Source: a virus
DNA length: 64,000 nt
Strand: one strand, 5' to 3'
IMG/VR virus record: IMGVR_UViG_3300020442_000008
Location: 32,001-96,000 of that record
The first letter of the stretch is position 1; every line of letters starts with the position of its first letter. Below the pieces are notes generated by a model. That model worked only from the letters and a program-made list of their open reading frames with translations. It searched no databases and was not told the origin of the DNA. Both the position numbers and the translations under genes were made by a program. Shown one piece after another: positions 45,311 to 54,300 of the stretch.

Positions 45311-45390
45311 TAACTTACTGATTATTAAAGACTTACAGCATAGCCGGCAGGGGCGGCCGGCGCCCTAAGTCATTGGCTATTAAGGGTTTA
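45311..45390. repeat. Double-palindrome element, copy H
   Basis: Arms at 45311 and 45366 (55 bp); core CAGCATAGCCGGCAGGGGCGGCCGGCGCCC, nearly identical to copy E. Confidence 0.85.
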
Positions 45391-45612
45391 GAACTCGTCC
45401 ATCAAGAACTCGTCAAGTGCATAGGTGTCTAGGTCGGGGTCTTGGTAGCTTGCACCATCAGGTGTGTTGTATGTGCCCGATTCTACTAGATGATTGGCTA
45501 GATCTTTGTATTGCACAAAACGCCTAGCGAGTTTATATAAACTCTCGTCGTTGCCTAACCATAGGGCAACATTCCATGTTGCCCAATTTGCCCAGCCGTT
45601 GTAATCGCTCAT
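45388..45612 (-). CDS. Conserved phage protein (YNGW-NW-TWNVALW family)
   Basis: MSDYNGWANWATWNVALWLGNDE...TPDG; start moved to 45612. Confidence 0.7.
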   Translation of the reverse strand: MSDYNGWANWATWNVALWLGNDESLYKLARRFVQYKDLANHLVESGTYNTPDGASYQDPDLDTYALDEFLMDEF

Positions 45613-45616
45613 GGTC

Positions 45617-45778
45617 TTATGCGTTAGGGTTGACAGCGAAAAGCCCATAACGACGCGAGCCGTCATTGTGCTTCATGCGAGAGCGTAGGAGACGCTCAGC
45701 GTCACGCCTCCGCAACGCTATGGATTCGACTTGCCAAACGGCGCCCGCTTGGTTGAGGATAGACTTAAGGATGTACAT
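45617..45778 (-). CDS. Small basic hypothetical protein (53 aa, missing from ORF track)
   Basis: MYILKSILNQAGAVWQVESIALRRRDAERLLRSRMKHNDGSRRYGLFAVNPNA; AGAAAGG upstream. Confidence 0.55.
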   Translation of the reverse strand: MYILKSILNQAGAVWQVESIALRRRDAERLLRSRMKHNDGSRRYGLFAVNPNA

Positions 45779-46142
45779 GTTAACCTTTCTGTTGAGGGTT
45801 TAGGATTCAAAAATTTCACGCATTGCACCGCTCACGCAGTCCATGTCAACGAGGTTCTCGTCGTTGTCGAAGTCGTCGTCTTCTTGTGCTTCGACTGCAT
45901 CAAGAGAAACGAATTCGTCTTCGATGTCACGCTCGGATGCGTGTTGCACTCCATGTTCAAGGGTAAACTCTTCGTTTGCGATTTGCTCCTGTATGTCAGC
46001 GAGCAAGTCAGCGAATTGACCTGTGACTTTGTTGTTGTTCGCTTCAGCGAGTTCAACGGCTTTACGGATTGCTTCGATATTATTTTCGTTATTCATAGTT
46101 ATGTATATTAAGGATTTTTTGAAGAATTGCAAGAAAAAAGTT

Positions 46143-46253
46143 TCAGCAAAAGCACTTTTTTTTGTGCTTCGCTTTGCGTGGAAGCACTTTGTTTTTAAGC
46201 TTGTGAGGTCTTGCCTTGGTGAAGACCATTGGAATTCGTACTTTTACTTTCAT
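46143..46253 (-). CDS. Very basic microprotein (36 aa, missing from ORF track)
   Basis: MKVKVRIPMVFTKARPHKLKNKVLPRKAKHKKKCFC; leftward TTGACT promoter just upstream. Confidence 0.55.
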   Translation of the reverse strand: MKVKVRIPMVFTKARPHKLKNKVLPRKAKHKKKCFC

Positions 46254-47053
46254 GATTATATTCTAAGGATTTAAGGTGTGGAGTCAAGCTTTATTATGCA
46301 ACCCACTCCACAAGCTCAAACTTGCGAGGCAAGCCAAACTTTGCAAGATCTTTGTTGAGATCTTCGACGGATGCGTGGTGTTCGCATTTCATCATGACAT
46401 TACGCTGTACGATCTCGCCGCTCTTGCGGTCAATGATGTTGACCTTGGCGATGAAACCATTTACTTGTTTATCATTTTTTATCATACCTATAACATAGCA
46501 AAAAAAACGGAAAAAAGCGAGAAAAAAAACGCTTATTTTGCACATTAAAGCTGAGCTAATGAGCTTATTATTAAGGCTAATTATACCCCCCCGGTGCCCA
46601 AACCCCCACCCTTTTGTGAAATGAAAAGGAATCTAAGCTTTCAGATTTTGGCGGGGGGTGGTGTTTTTCAATATCTGAATCGTTTCCGTTTTAATTAACA
46701 AATGGGCCGACCAAAAAAAATCCACGGGGTGTATTTCTAGGTATGGCTGATGAACAAGAAATGTATTGGTTGAAGAGTATGCAATTCCAGCTCCAACAAA
46801 AGGATCGGGAAATTGCTGATTTGCTAGTTATCATAGACACACTTCAGACTAACATGAGGAGCGTGTCTACATATGTCCCTGAGGATAAGATTAAAGAAGT
46901 TACAACCCAGAGTTATAACTGGAGCCTTAATTGGAGACCAGGGCAAGATAAGTCGTAGTGCCTTAATGTCACATTGTGACACGCACGGGGGTCGCTAAAG
47001 GGCATTTTGTCACTTTGGCGACCCTTTTTGCTTAATTTTAAGGCTCTAAAAGT

Positions 47054-47069
47054 TGGCATGAAGATTGCA
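47054..47069 (+). promoter_or_regulatory. sigma54 (-24/-12) promoter of hsp20
   Basis: TGGCAT-GAAGA-TTGCA fits TGGCAC-N5-TTGCW; ends 13 nt before ATG 47083. Confidence 0.7.
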
Positions 47070-47082
47070 ACTATATACGCAT

Positions 47083-47469
47083 ATGAAATATTCACTTATT
47101 AATCAATTGTTTGAGCAGGCGAACCTGCTTAATGCCATGGACGACAAAGTTTGTAACGTCATCGATTCTAGTTTGGACTCCTATAAATACAGGACAACCT
47201 TAAATGAGCAAGAAAATGAATACATTATTCATGCTCAAGTCCCAGGACTAAGCAAAGAAGATATAAATATTACTTTAGATAATAATATTTTAAAGATTTG
47301 CGGCGAAAAAGCTATAAATGACCATATGACATGTTCAATTAATAAAGAACTTTCGCTTGGAAGAGATATTAATGCATCAAAAATAACTGCAAAAGTAGAG
47401 AATGGAATACTAGAACTTAATATTCCTAAATCAGAAAAATGCAAAACTAAGAAGATTAAAATTAATTAA
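47083..47469 (+). CDS. Small heat shock protein (Hsp20/alpha-crystallin)
   Basis: Y-I-A-VPGLSKEDINI, L-I-GE, I-AKVENGILELNIPK, KKIKI. Confidence 0.92.
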   Translation: MKYSLINQLFEQANLLNAMDDKVCNVIDSSLDSYKYRTTLNEQENEYIIHAQVPGLSKEDINITLDNNILKICGEKAINDHMTCSINKELSLGRDINASKITAKVENGILELNIPKSEKCKTKKIKIN

Positions 47470-48327
47470 TTATAATATATCTTTTATTTCTGAGTATTTT
47501 TTGGAAAAATCCTCTCCCCATGGGTAGCCGAGCTCCTTGTGGAGCATTTGTGTCCGAATTTCCCGGAATTTTTGACTAGTTGCGGTTGGGTTGATGCCAG
47601 CAGAATCATGTTCGAGACTTCGGCGGTCGCCCTCGATACTATCTTGAGGTCTATAAGCGTATACTGGTATGCCATTTTTACTTGCCCTTAAACAAAAAGC
47701 TATATCATCTCCAATTAATCTTATATCATCCGTTATATCTTCGGCAAACAGATATTTTAATGAAGATCTATTAAAAGCCATACCTCCGCAAAGGTAGTCT
47801 ACCTTCTTGAGCATTGGTTTATCTGGATTCCTATGGTTTTTTAAGCTATAATAGGTTCCAAACATATCTGTAATCCCCTTAAAGACTAAAGATGTTTCTT
47901 CGTCAAAATCAGGTTGTCGGTTTATATTATACTTATAGGTTTCACTTCTGTCTAAAATCCAGCCATAATTTTGCACCAAACAGTTTTCGTGATGTAAAAT
48001 GCTCACCATTGCCCTACAATAGTCTGGCATAGGGAATCTATCGTCATCCAATGTTATTATTTTTTCAGTTGGAGCAGATAAAGCGACTTGATATCTTCCA
48101 ATGTGCTTAAAATTTAAATCAGAATAAGCTGTATAAACATTATTCATATTTTTTGTTCTATCTAACCATACTTTCATAAAGTTAGATTTTTCATCTGGAA
48201 GCCCAAGAAAACAGCCGATTATATACTTCGGCGGCAAACTCTGACTAAAAACCCGATCTAATTGCCTATTTAAAAGCTCTTCTGTTTTATTATAATAATT
48301 AAGTATAAGAGTATAATCTGTATCCAT
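47470..48327 (-). CDS. GT-A fold glycosyltransferase
   Basis: Q-L-P start, GRY, ITLDDDRFP (DxD), VDYLCGG, GDDIAFC. Confidence 0.65.
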   Translation of the reverse strand: MDTDYTLILNYYNKTEELLNRQLDRVFSQSLPPKYIIGCFLGLPDEKSNFMKVWLDRTKNMNNVYTAYSDLNFKHIGRYQVALSAPTEKIITLDDDRFPMPDYCRAMVSILHHENCLVQNYGWILDRSETYKYNINRQPDFDEETSLVFKGITDMFGTYYSLKNHRNPDKPMLKKVDYLCGGMAFNRSSLKYLFAEDITDDIRLIGDDIAFCLRASKNGIPVYAYRPQDSIEGDRRSLEHDSAGINPTATSQKFREIRTQMLHKELGYPWGEDFSKKYSEIKDIL

Positions 48328-48342
48328 GGATAATAATACACA

Positions 48343-49098
48343 TTACTTTTGTACAAAACCAAATATACCTAGACCATCTCTTTCTACAGGATCATAGAAC
48401 CAACTTTCGTGGCTATCTTTTAATATTTCATTTAATTTATTGAATAATGTGGATTGTGTTGGCGCATCTGGGCTGTAATCCTCGAATCCGTGCCATTCTC
48501 CCATGATAGCCTTTGTTTTCTTGAGTATATCTAGGTCTTGGCAGTCATCTCTAAGGAAACCGTTTTCTCCGCCCTCACAGTCTAACTTCAATAAATCTAT
48601 ACTCTCTATATTATATTCTTCCATTAATGATCTTAAAGTATAATGCTTAACATCAAAATCTTCATGTAATTTATATACTTGTTCTTCTGCTTGTTCAACA
48701 CTTTCTTTAGTAGGTATTAATTCATTAGTAAGAAAACCTCCACCAGTAGCTTCTTTAACACTTCTATAGAAATATACTTTATCAGGATAATAATTAAGAA
48801 CACCTCTAATAAGAGTATTGTTATTATTTTCTAAATTTAATTTGCACATTTGATAATTGTCTACGTCAGGCTCGACAGTATACGTTCTGCAATCGGGAAA
48901 TAGGGAATGACAACGCTTGGAAAAGCTACCTATGTGTCCTCCAATATCAACTACAACTTTCGGCGCACAGTTGATAAACTGATTGATGGGGTAATTCTCC
49001 TCACTAAACACTTCTCCCAAAACATTCTTATCTTCTTGTTGAAAATGCTCTCTAATTTTAAATGGAATATTGTTGAATAAAATATCTTTTGTTTGCAT
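48343..49098 (-). CDS. FkbM family methyltransferase
   Basis: VVDIGGHIGSF, VEP..DNY, IDLLKLDCEGGE, GEWH. Confidence 0.88.
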   Translation of the reverse strand: MQTKDILFNNIPFKIREHFQQEDKNVLGEVFSEENYPINQFINCAPKVVVDIGGHIGSFSKRCHSLFPDCRTYTVEPDVDNYQMCKLNLENNNNTLIRGVLNYYPDKVYFYRSVKEATGGGFLTNELIPTKESVEQAEEQVYKLHEDFDVKHYTLRSLMEEYNIESIDLLKLDCEGGENGFLRDDCQDLDILKKTKAIMGEWHGFEDYSPDAPTQSTLFNKLNEILKDSHESWFYDPVERDGLGIFGFVQK

Positions 49099-49277
49099 AT
49101 AGTATTATATTGTTTGATTCAGAAAAGATACATAATATCTTTTATATTTTGTTTTTAATGCCAATCAGGCGATTTCGGCGAGAGCCGAAGATAAATTTTA
49201 TAGATTTAATCATAATTAATAATATTATTTGGAATCGCCTCGGAAGTCTTGGCATATAGTTTCAAATGCTAAATGAT

Positions 49278-50804
49278 TTATCCAATTTTTTGATGAACAA
49301 TAATGGTTTCCGGATAATTAGATTCTAGGAAATAAAGCGGGAGTTTCGCATCTTTTGCTTGAGATAGGTTTGAAATCAATTTTATATCCTTGAGTTGATT
49401 GGGTTCTTCGTCTGGATAAAATATAGGGAATCCTACAGCGCTTTGAGCAAAGGAGTGAATTGCCACATCAAAGCTTAAAAACTCTTGGTTCCCAGATCTG
49501 ACGGATTCAGAAATTAATCTAATCGCCCCATCAAGAAGATATTTCAGCTTGGTTCCGGTTTTATATACCGCAACACCGTTTAAATGTCCAGACCACGGCT
49601 GTATAGAGCCTAGCGGAGAAAGACAGCCTTTTGGTCTAGAGCCTGCAATGGTAAAATCATTATCGCAATATTCAATAAAAGGATCTAACCATTTTTCTTT
49701 AATATTCCTGGTGTCGGTTTCTAGCATAAGTATATTTTTATAATCCCCATGCTTTCCTTCGAGAATGTTGAACATTGCTTCAAAGAATAATTTATTAGGT
49801 CCAGAAGAAAAGCCTAAAATAGGAACATAATTATTTTCTTCTTTAAATTTTCTCTGATCCGACCCAGGTAATATATAGATATCCTCTTTTGGATCTATTT
49901 CCGCAGAGAAGAAACATATAGAATTAATATTTTTATGATATTGAAAGTATTTGCTTTTTTCATCTATTATTTCTTTATTTGTATAAACTATAATATCTAC
50001 TGCATGATTGTCTGAGGCGGTTGATGAAAAATATCTAGAAAACAACTTATATAGCCTTCCATCTTTTATTTCTGCTTCGGTTGTTAATATTAATAATAAT
50101 AATTTGTTTGAGAATGTTTTTTTAAGCCGATCTCCAGGCTTCTCCCAGAATTTGTATTCTGGAGATTTTAGGATCGCCGCCTCCTCTTCTCTGTCGAGCT
50201 TTTCGCTTGATTTAAAGAAAAAGTTCTCAGTCTTTTTTACTGCTTGAAATCTTTTATGGGCAATGGGATGGTTAACTCTTTTATCTTTGCAATTCTCTAT
50301 ATACTTCGGTAATGTACAGGGGATTGTATTAGATTCTGGCATGTTATTAATAAGTTTTTGCGCCCCAGATTTATTTATAATATAACAGACGCTTCCTTCA
50401 TGGTATATGCTGGCAAGATCTATGTAGTCCGAATCTATTTTGAGTGGAGAATTTAATAAACCAAATAGATCTGTGACCGAATGATAGTTTTCTGCGATAA
50501 TGTAAAACTCCTCTTCTGATTTGTAAAGCTGATTCCATAGAAAAAAATGAGTCAAAAATCTACCATATTCCGCAGGTTTCGCTGAGAAGCTTATATTATC
50601 CTCTTGTGTTACTGGATTTAACTTTATCGAGAAGGAGCCTGAGTGGTCATAGTCTGAAAAAGTACAGAACTGCTCGAAAATCTCAAATTTTGATTTAAAA
50701 ACTGGATCGACAAGTAGCGTGTTTCTTATCTCTGATATCCCTTCTTCACGGGATTCAATGTCTGAATGATTGATATAAATTATTTTAAATTTGTTAGTTT
50801 CCAT
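49278..50804 (-). CDS. Two-domain glycosyltransferase-like protein
   Basis: N-part resembles GT25 (EYGRFLTH-LW, YIINKSGAQKLI); C-part has GPN-LF, MLETD, HLNGVAVY, FDV. Confidence 0.5.
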   Translation of the reverse strand: METNKFKIIYINHSDIESREEGISEIRNTLLVDPVFKSKFEIFEQFCTFSDYDHSGSFSIKLNPVTQEDNISFSAKPAEYGRFLTHFFLWNQLYKSEEEFYIIAENYHSVTDLFGLLNSPLKIDSDYIDLASIYHEGSVCYIINKSGAQKLINNMPESNTIPCTLPKYIENCKDKRVNHPIAHKRFQAVKKTENFFFKSSEKLDREEEAAILKSPEYKFWEKPGDRLKKTFSNKLLLLILTTEAEIKDGRLYKLFSRYFSSTASDNHAVDIIVYTNKEIIDEKSKYFQYHKNINSICFFSAEIDPKEDIYILPGSDQRKFKEENNYVPILGFSSGPNKLFFEAMFNILEGKHGDYKNILMLETDTRNIKEKWLDPFIEYCDNDFTIAGSRPKGCLSPLGSIQPWSGHLNGVAVYKTGTKLKYLLDGAIRLISESVRSGNQEFLSFDVAIHSFAQSAVGFPIFYPDEEPNQLKDIKLISNLSQAKDAKLPLYFLESNYPETIIVHQKIG

Positions 50805-50898
50805 TTATTAATGTTTAAGGTTATATATTCTACACGTTGTTGCGTTTTTTGCAAGTAAAAAATATTATATAAGTGTAATTTTATTAAAGGTTTAAGGA

Positions 50899-51390
50899 AT
50901 GTACGATTTAGATAATTTAGCTACAGATAAAAAGCAGGGCTATATCAGGGCTTTGTCTCATTCAGATATCAATATGTTAATGACTGATTTGATCGATGAA
51001 GATAAATTTTTTGCTCAGTCGAATAAGTACATTTCTCACCTTGATATGATCGCTAAAACAGTGATGCATTCTGAGGTTGGTTACAGTATAATTGATCCTG
51101 ATGGAAATTTTTGTTCCGCTTTCGGGGTGATTCCTCTAGAAAAAGCTGATACAGCACTCATATGGTTGTTGAGTTGTAATAATTACAAGAAAAATTATAA
51201 TAAAATACATGTTGCGAAAAGATTGTTAGATTTATCCAATAAAGTTCTTGATGAAGTGAATAAAAAATACAAATATATACTGTGTCATATAGAGAAAAAT
51301 AATTTCATTGCTGCTCGAAGAACTAAGCTTATGGGGTTCAAGAAATCAAAGGAGTTGGATTTTGTAGACGAGTACATAAGGGAAGTGTAG
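50899..51390 (+). CDS. GNAT-like acyltransferase (T7 gp13/DUF2833-like)
   Basis: AFGV-P, LIWLL, I-K-N-A-R-K-MGF pattern. Confidence 0.5.
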   Translation: MYDLDNLATDKKQGYIRALSHSDINMLMTDLIDEDKFFAQSNKYISHLDMIAKTVMHSEVGYSIIDPDGNFCSAFGVIPLEKADTALIWLLSCNNYKKNYNKIHVAKRLLDLSNKVLDEVNKKYKYILCHIEKNNFIAARRTKLMGFKKSKELDFVDEYIREV

Positions 51391-51391
51391 C

Positions 51392-54300
51392 ATGGGAGGT
51401 AGTGGTTATCAAATTCACGGCTTACCCGGCGGTTATGCTCCCGCAATTTCCGAAAAAGGGGTTGATATATATGGTGGACCTAGAGGTTCTTTAGCGGGCA
51501 CTCTGCCGTCTTGGATTGCATGGTGGACCACTGGCTTCAGGTATCAGCCTGGGCATATTGTATATATGCCTGGCGTGTATGAGAGAGATTATAATGTGGC
51601 TGGGCAAGTTATAAACCAAGGATCTTTTTCTCCTGGACAGGCATACGACGATGGCAGAGGAAACCTGTCTTATAAAAGAGACGAGCTTGCTTGGGATCAA
51701 GATATCCAGGTACAAAGCCTTCAAGAAGGAGGAGATCTTACAGGAGGAAGCATGTCTAGGGGCGCCGGTTCAATCAAGTCTGAAGGGGCTAAGCAGTACT
51801 TTGAATATGGATCTCATACATTATGGGTTAAATTATTTGGAGGTCAGGATAATGCGGCGACAAACGACTCTTCATTAACAAAGGATGCAGATTTTTTTGA
51901 TGTAAACAAGCGGCGAAAAAACGGGTGGTATTGTTTTTACGAGCTAATGAGGGAAACAGATCCTATTGTTGGAGGAAACCTTGAAATCGCTTTTCCTGGA
52001 AATTATGATATACAAAGTAATCAGTGGGACAGTAATAAAAAAAGATATACAGTTAAAGTAAATAACCAAGAAACTTTAAAGGTTGTCTATGGTTCCTGGG
52101 GTGAAGATCTTTTTAGACAAATTCCTTGCGAACCAAATAGCGCTACAGAAATCGCAGTTTTTCACGATGAGACCATATTGAACATGTGTGATACTTTTGC
52201 TCTTCTAGCTTCAACTCTTGCAGCTAGCAAGCATTTAGTAAATTTTGTTGTATGTAAAAGTGTTCTTAGGTCACCTGGATCTTTAGGAGAAGATGAATCT
52301 GCAAGCCCTGTTGAGGTTGCAATTCTTCCGACCGATAAAATTACTATCGGAGGAAATGTTCTCAGAAGCCCTCAAAAGGTTGCCATTAGGGATACGGTTG
52401 ATAATAGTTTTGATAAGGATAGTAGTTTTTTTGAAAACGACAGCGGTTCAGATGAAGAAATAACGATGCTCTCTGCAGGTTACCCTGGAATTATGAATCC
52501 TGAGGCATTATTTCATGCCGCTCGAAACGCAGACGATTTTGATGCAAAAATAAGCGATATTGCCAAGGGTAATGTTGTAGGAAGTGACGTTATTGTGGGC
52601 GAGCAAATTCTAGCAGATTCTGAGCAATTATATTTAGATAAAATAAAATTTGGTAAAATGCCTGCTTACGATCCTAGATTTGGTGAAGCTGCAACTTCGT
52701 TAAATAGTTTTATAAGTTCTGTTTATAATTTTTCCCTACCCATGTCAACTAGTGCGAGCATTGATTTCTGGGAAGCAAATATATTATACAAAGTTGGCAA
52801 GGTTGTAAGGCTGTCTCCCAACGCAACCGAATATAATGCGGCAGAGGCGGAGAAAAACTTTAAAGATGTTGTCTGGGTTTGTAAAAAAGAGCATACATCT
52901 GGCGTTTTTGCTGGAGAAAAGTGTCCGCCTTTGGGAAGTGGTGGTTCTCGCTCTGTTCCCGAGGTTTTTGAAAACACCTATTGGAGAAGTTATGGAGTCT
53001 TGGCGAATCAACCAAATTCATCGCTTCTTCAGTTGAATGATTTATATAGAGATTCTGAAATATTTGTCCCCACAATTAATGTAACAAAAAGTGCTTCTGA
53101 AAATCTAAACCTTGGAGAAGCTGATTTTTCGCGAAGCTTACTGGGTTCTTCTAGGAGAATTAGAATGTCTGAAATGTCTGGAGGTTGCAGATTGTATGCG
53201 AGTTTAACCATTTCACCTGCCAAAAAATTTGACGTAAAATATTATCGAAAAAGAAATTCATGGGGAAGAAGAAGAACCGTATCTTTTAGATTTCCACCTC
53301 AGAGGTCCGATGCAGCTCAAGCAGACTTATGGTTGTATGCCAATAACTTCAGGAAGGATCATGCAGGATCTATAAATTTTGCAGTTACATTTGTTGAGCA
53401 TACTGGTTTTGTTTGGGCTCAGGCAAAAAGGAGAAGAGGTTCATTTTTTGGAGTTTTACTGGGAGTGGCTTTTGCGGTTGTTGGAATCCTTAATCCCGCT
53501 TTATTTCTTACTGCAGGTATGCAATGCGCTGCGTGGGGTTTTGGTGGCGGGCTTGCTTTAGGGGCTTTGGGTGGAGCGGTGGGATTAGGTATTGGTACTG
53601 CTCTAGGGGCAAGCGCTGAAGCGGTTTACGCAAACCTGGGAAAAGGGGTTGGTAGAAAAAAAGCTTTTACTAGGCAATCTTTTTCTAAAATCGTGAGTAA
53701 GGTTGCTGCTGATGCACCATCTTTGGACTATGTTCTTCAACGTGGTCAAAGCCCAGACAATGGAGTTGTTATAGGAAAAAATAGTAGTGATGTTGCGCAA
53801 GATATGTATGATAGCAGTAGTGATACTAAAAACGAAAATGATATAATTAGATTTAATTTTGGTAATCTTTATCCATATCTATATGAAAGCAAGCATAATA
53901 ATACAATTCATGTTACTGGAGAATATCAGTTTATGATCCAAGATTTGAATTCAGCGCAAACAATAAAGGTTGATTTTAAGTATGAAGAAATTAGCCGCAG
54001 AAGATCTAGGAATTTTAATGATTCCTTTGGTCAAACCTTTTCAGGTTACCCGCGAGGAACACCAGAAAGCCCGCATGCTAGTGCAAGCTCAACCCTTTAC
54101 AATGCATACGTAAGCGCAGCAAATGATATTATTAGCGGAAGCACAAGTTCTGGACAAAATCTTAAGTTAATTGCAACAAGAAATTATTTTAATTATCTAT
54201 TAATTGGCCAAGAAAATGTAAGAGACGCTAATGATCCCCTAAAAGCTTTAACGATGTGGTCTGTCGATTTGAGTAATGCTCAATTTAATGCTTTGATAGG

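Noticed and set aside
35638-45390. 80-bp repeats as a CRISPR array
   Set aside because: Copies are 0.7-1.9 kb apart, degenerate and separated by genes; no cas genes in the window
35638-45390. 80-bp repeats as integron attC or XerCD dif sites
   Set aside because: No consistent RYYYAAC/GTTRRRY ends or whole-element hairpin, no match to the 11-6-11 dif layout, several genes per interval, and no integrase in the window; recombination by another mechanism is not excluded
45611-45780. GC-rich stretch as a possible ncRNA
   Set aside because: Explained by a 53-aa - strand ORF with an SD-like motif that fits the gene spacing
40866-46548. + strand ORFs in the 40.8-46.5 kb block
   Set aside because: Promoters (GTCAA on + strand) and protein-like ORFs all point leftward; the + ORFs are antisense artefacts
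49158-49255. Hammerhead ribozyme
   Set aside because: GAAA follows a stem on the - strand but the CUGAnGA core is absent
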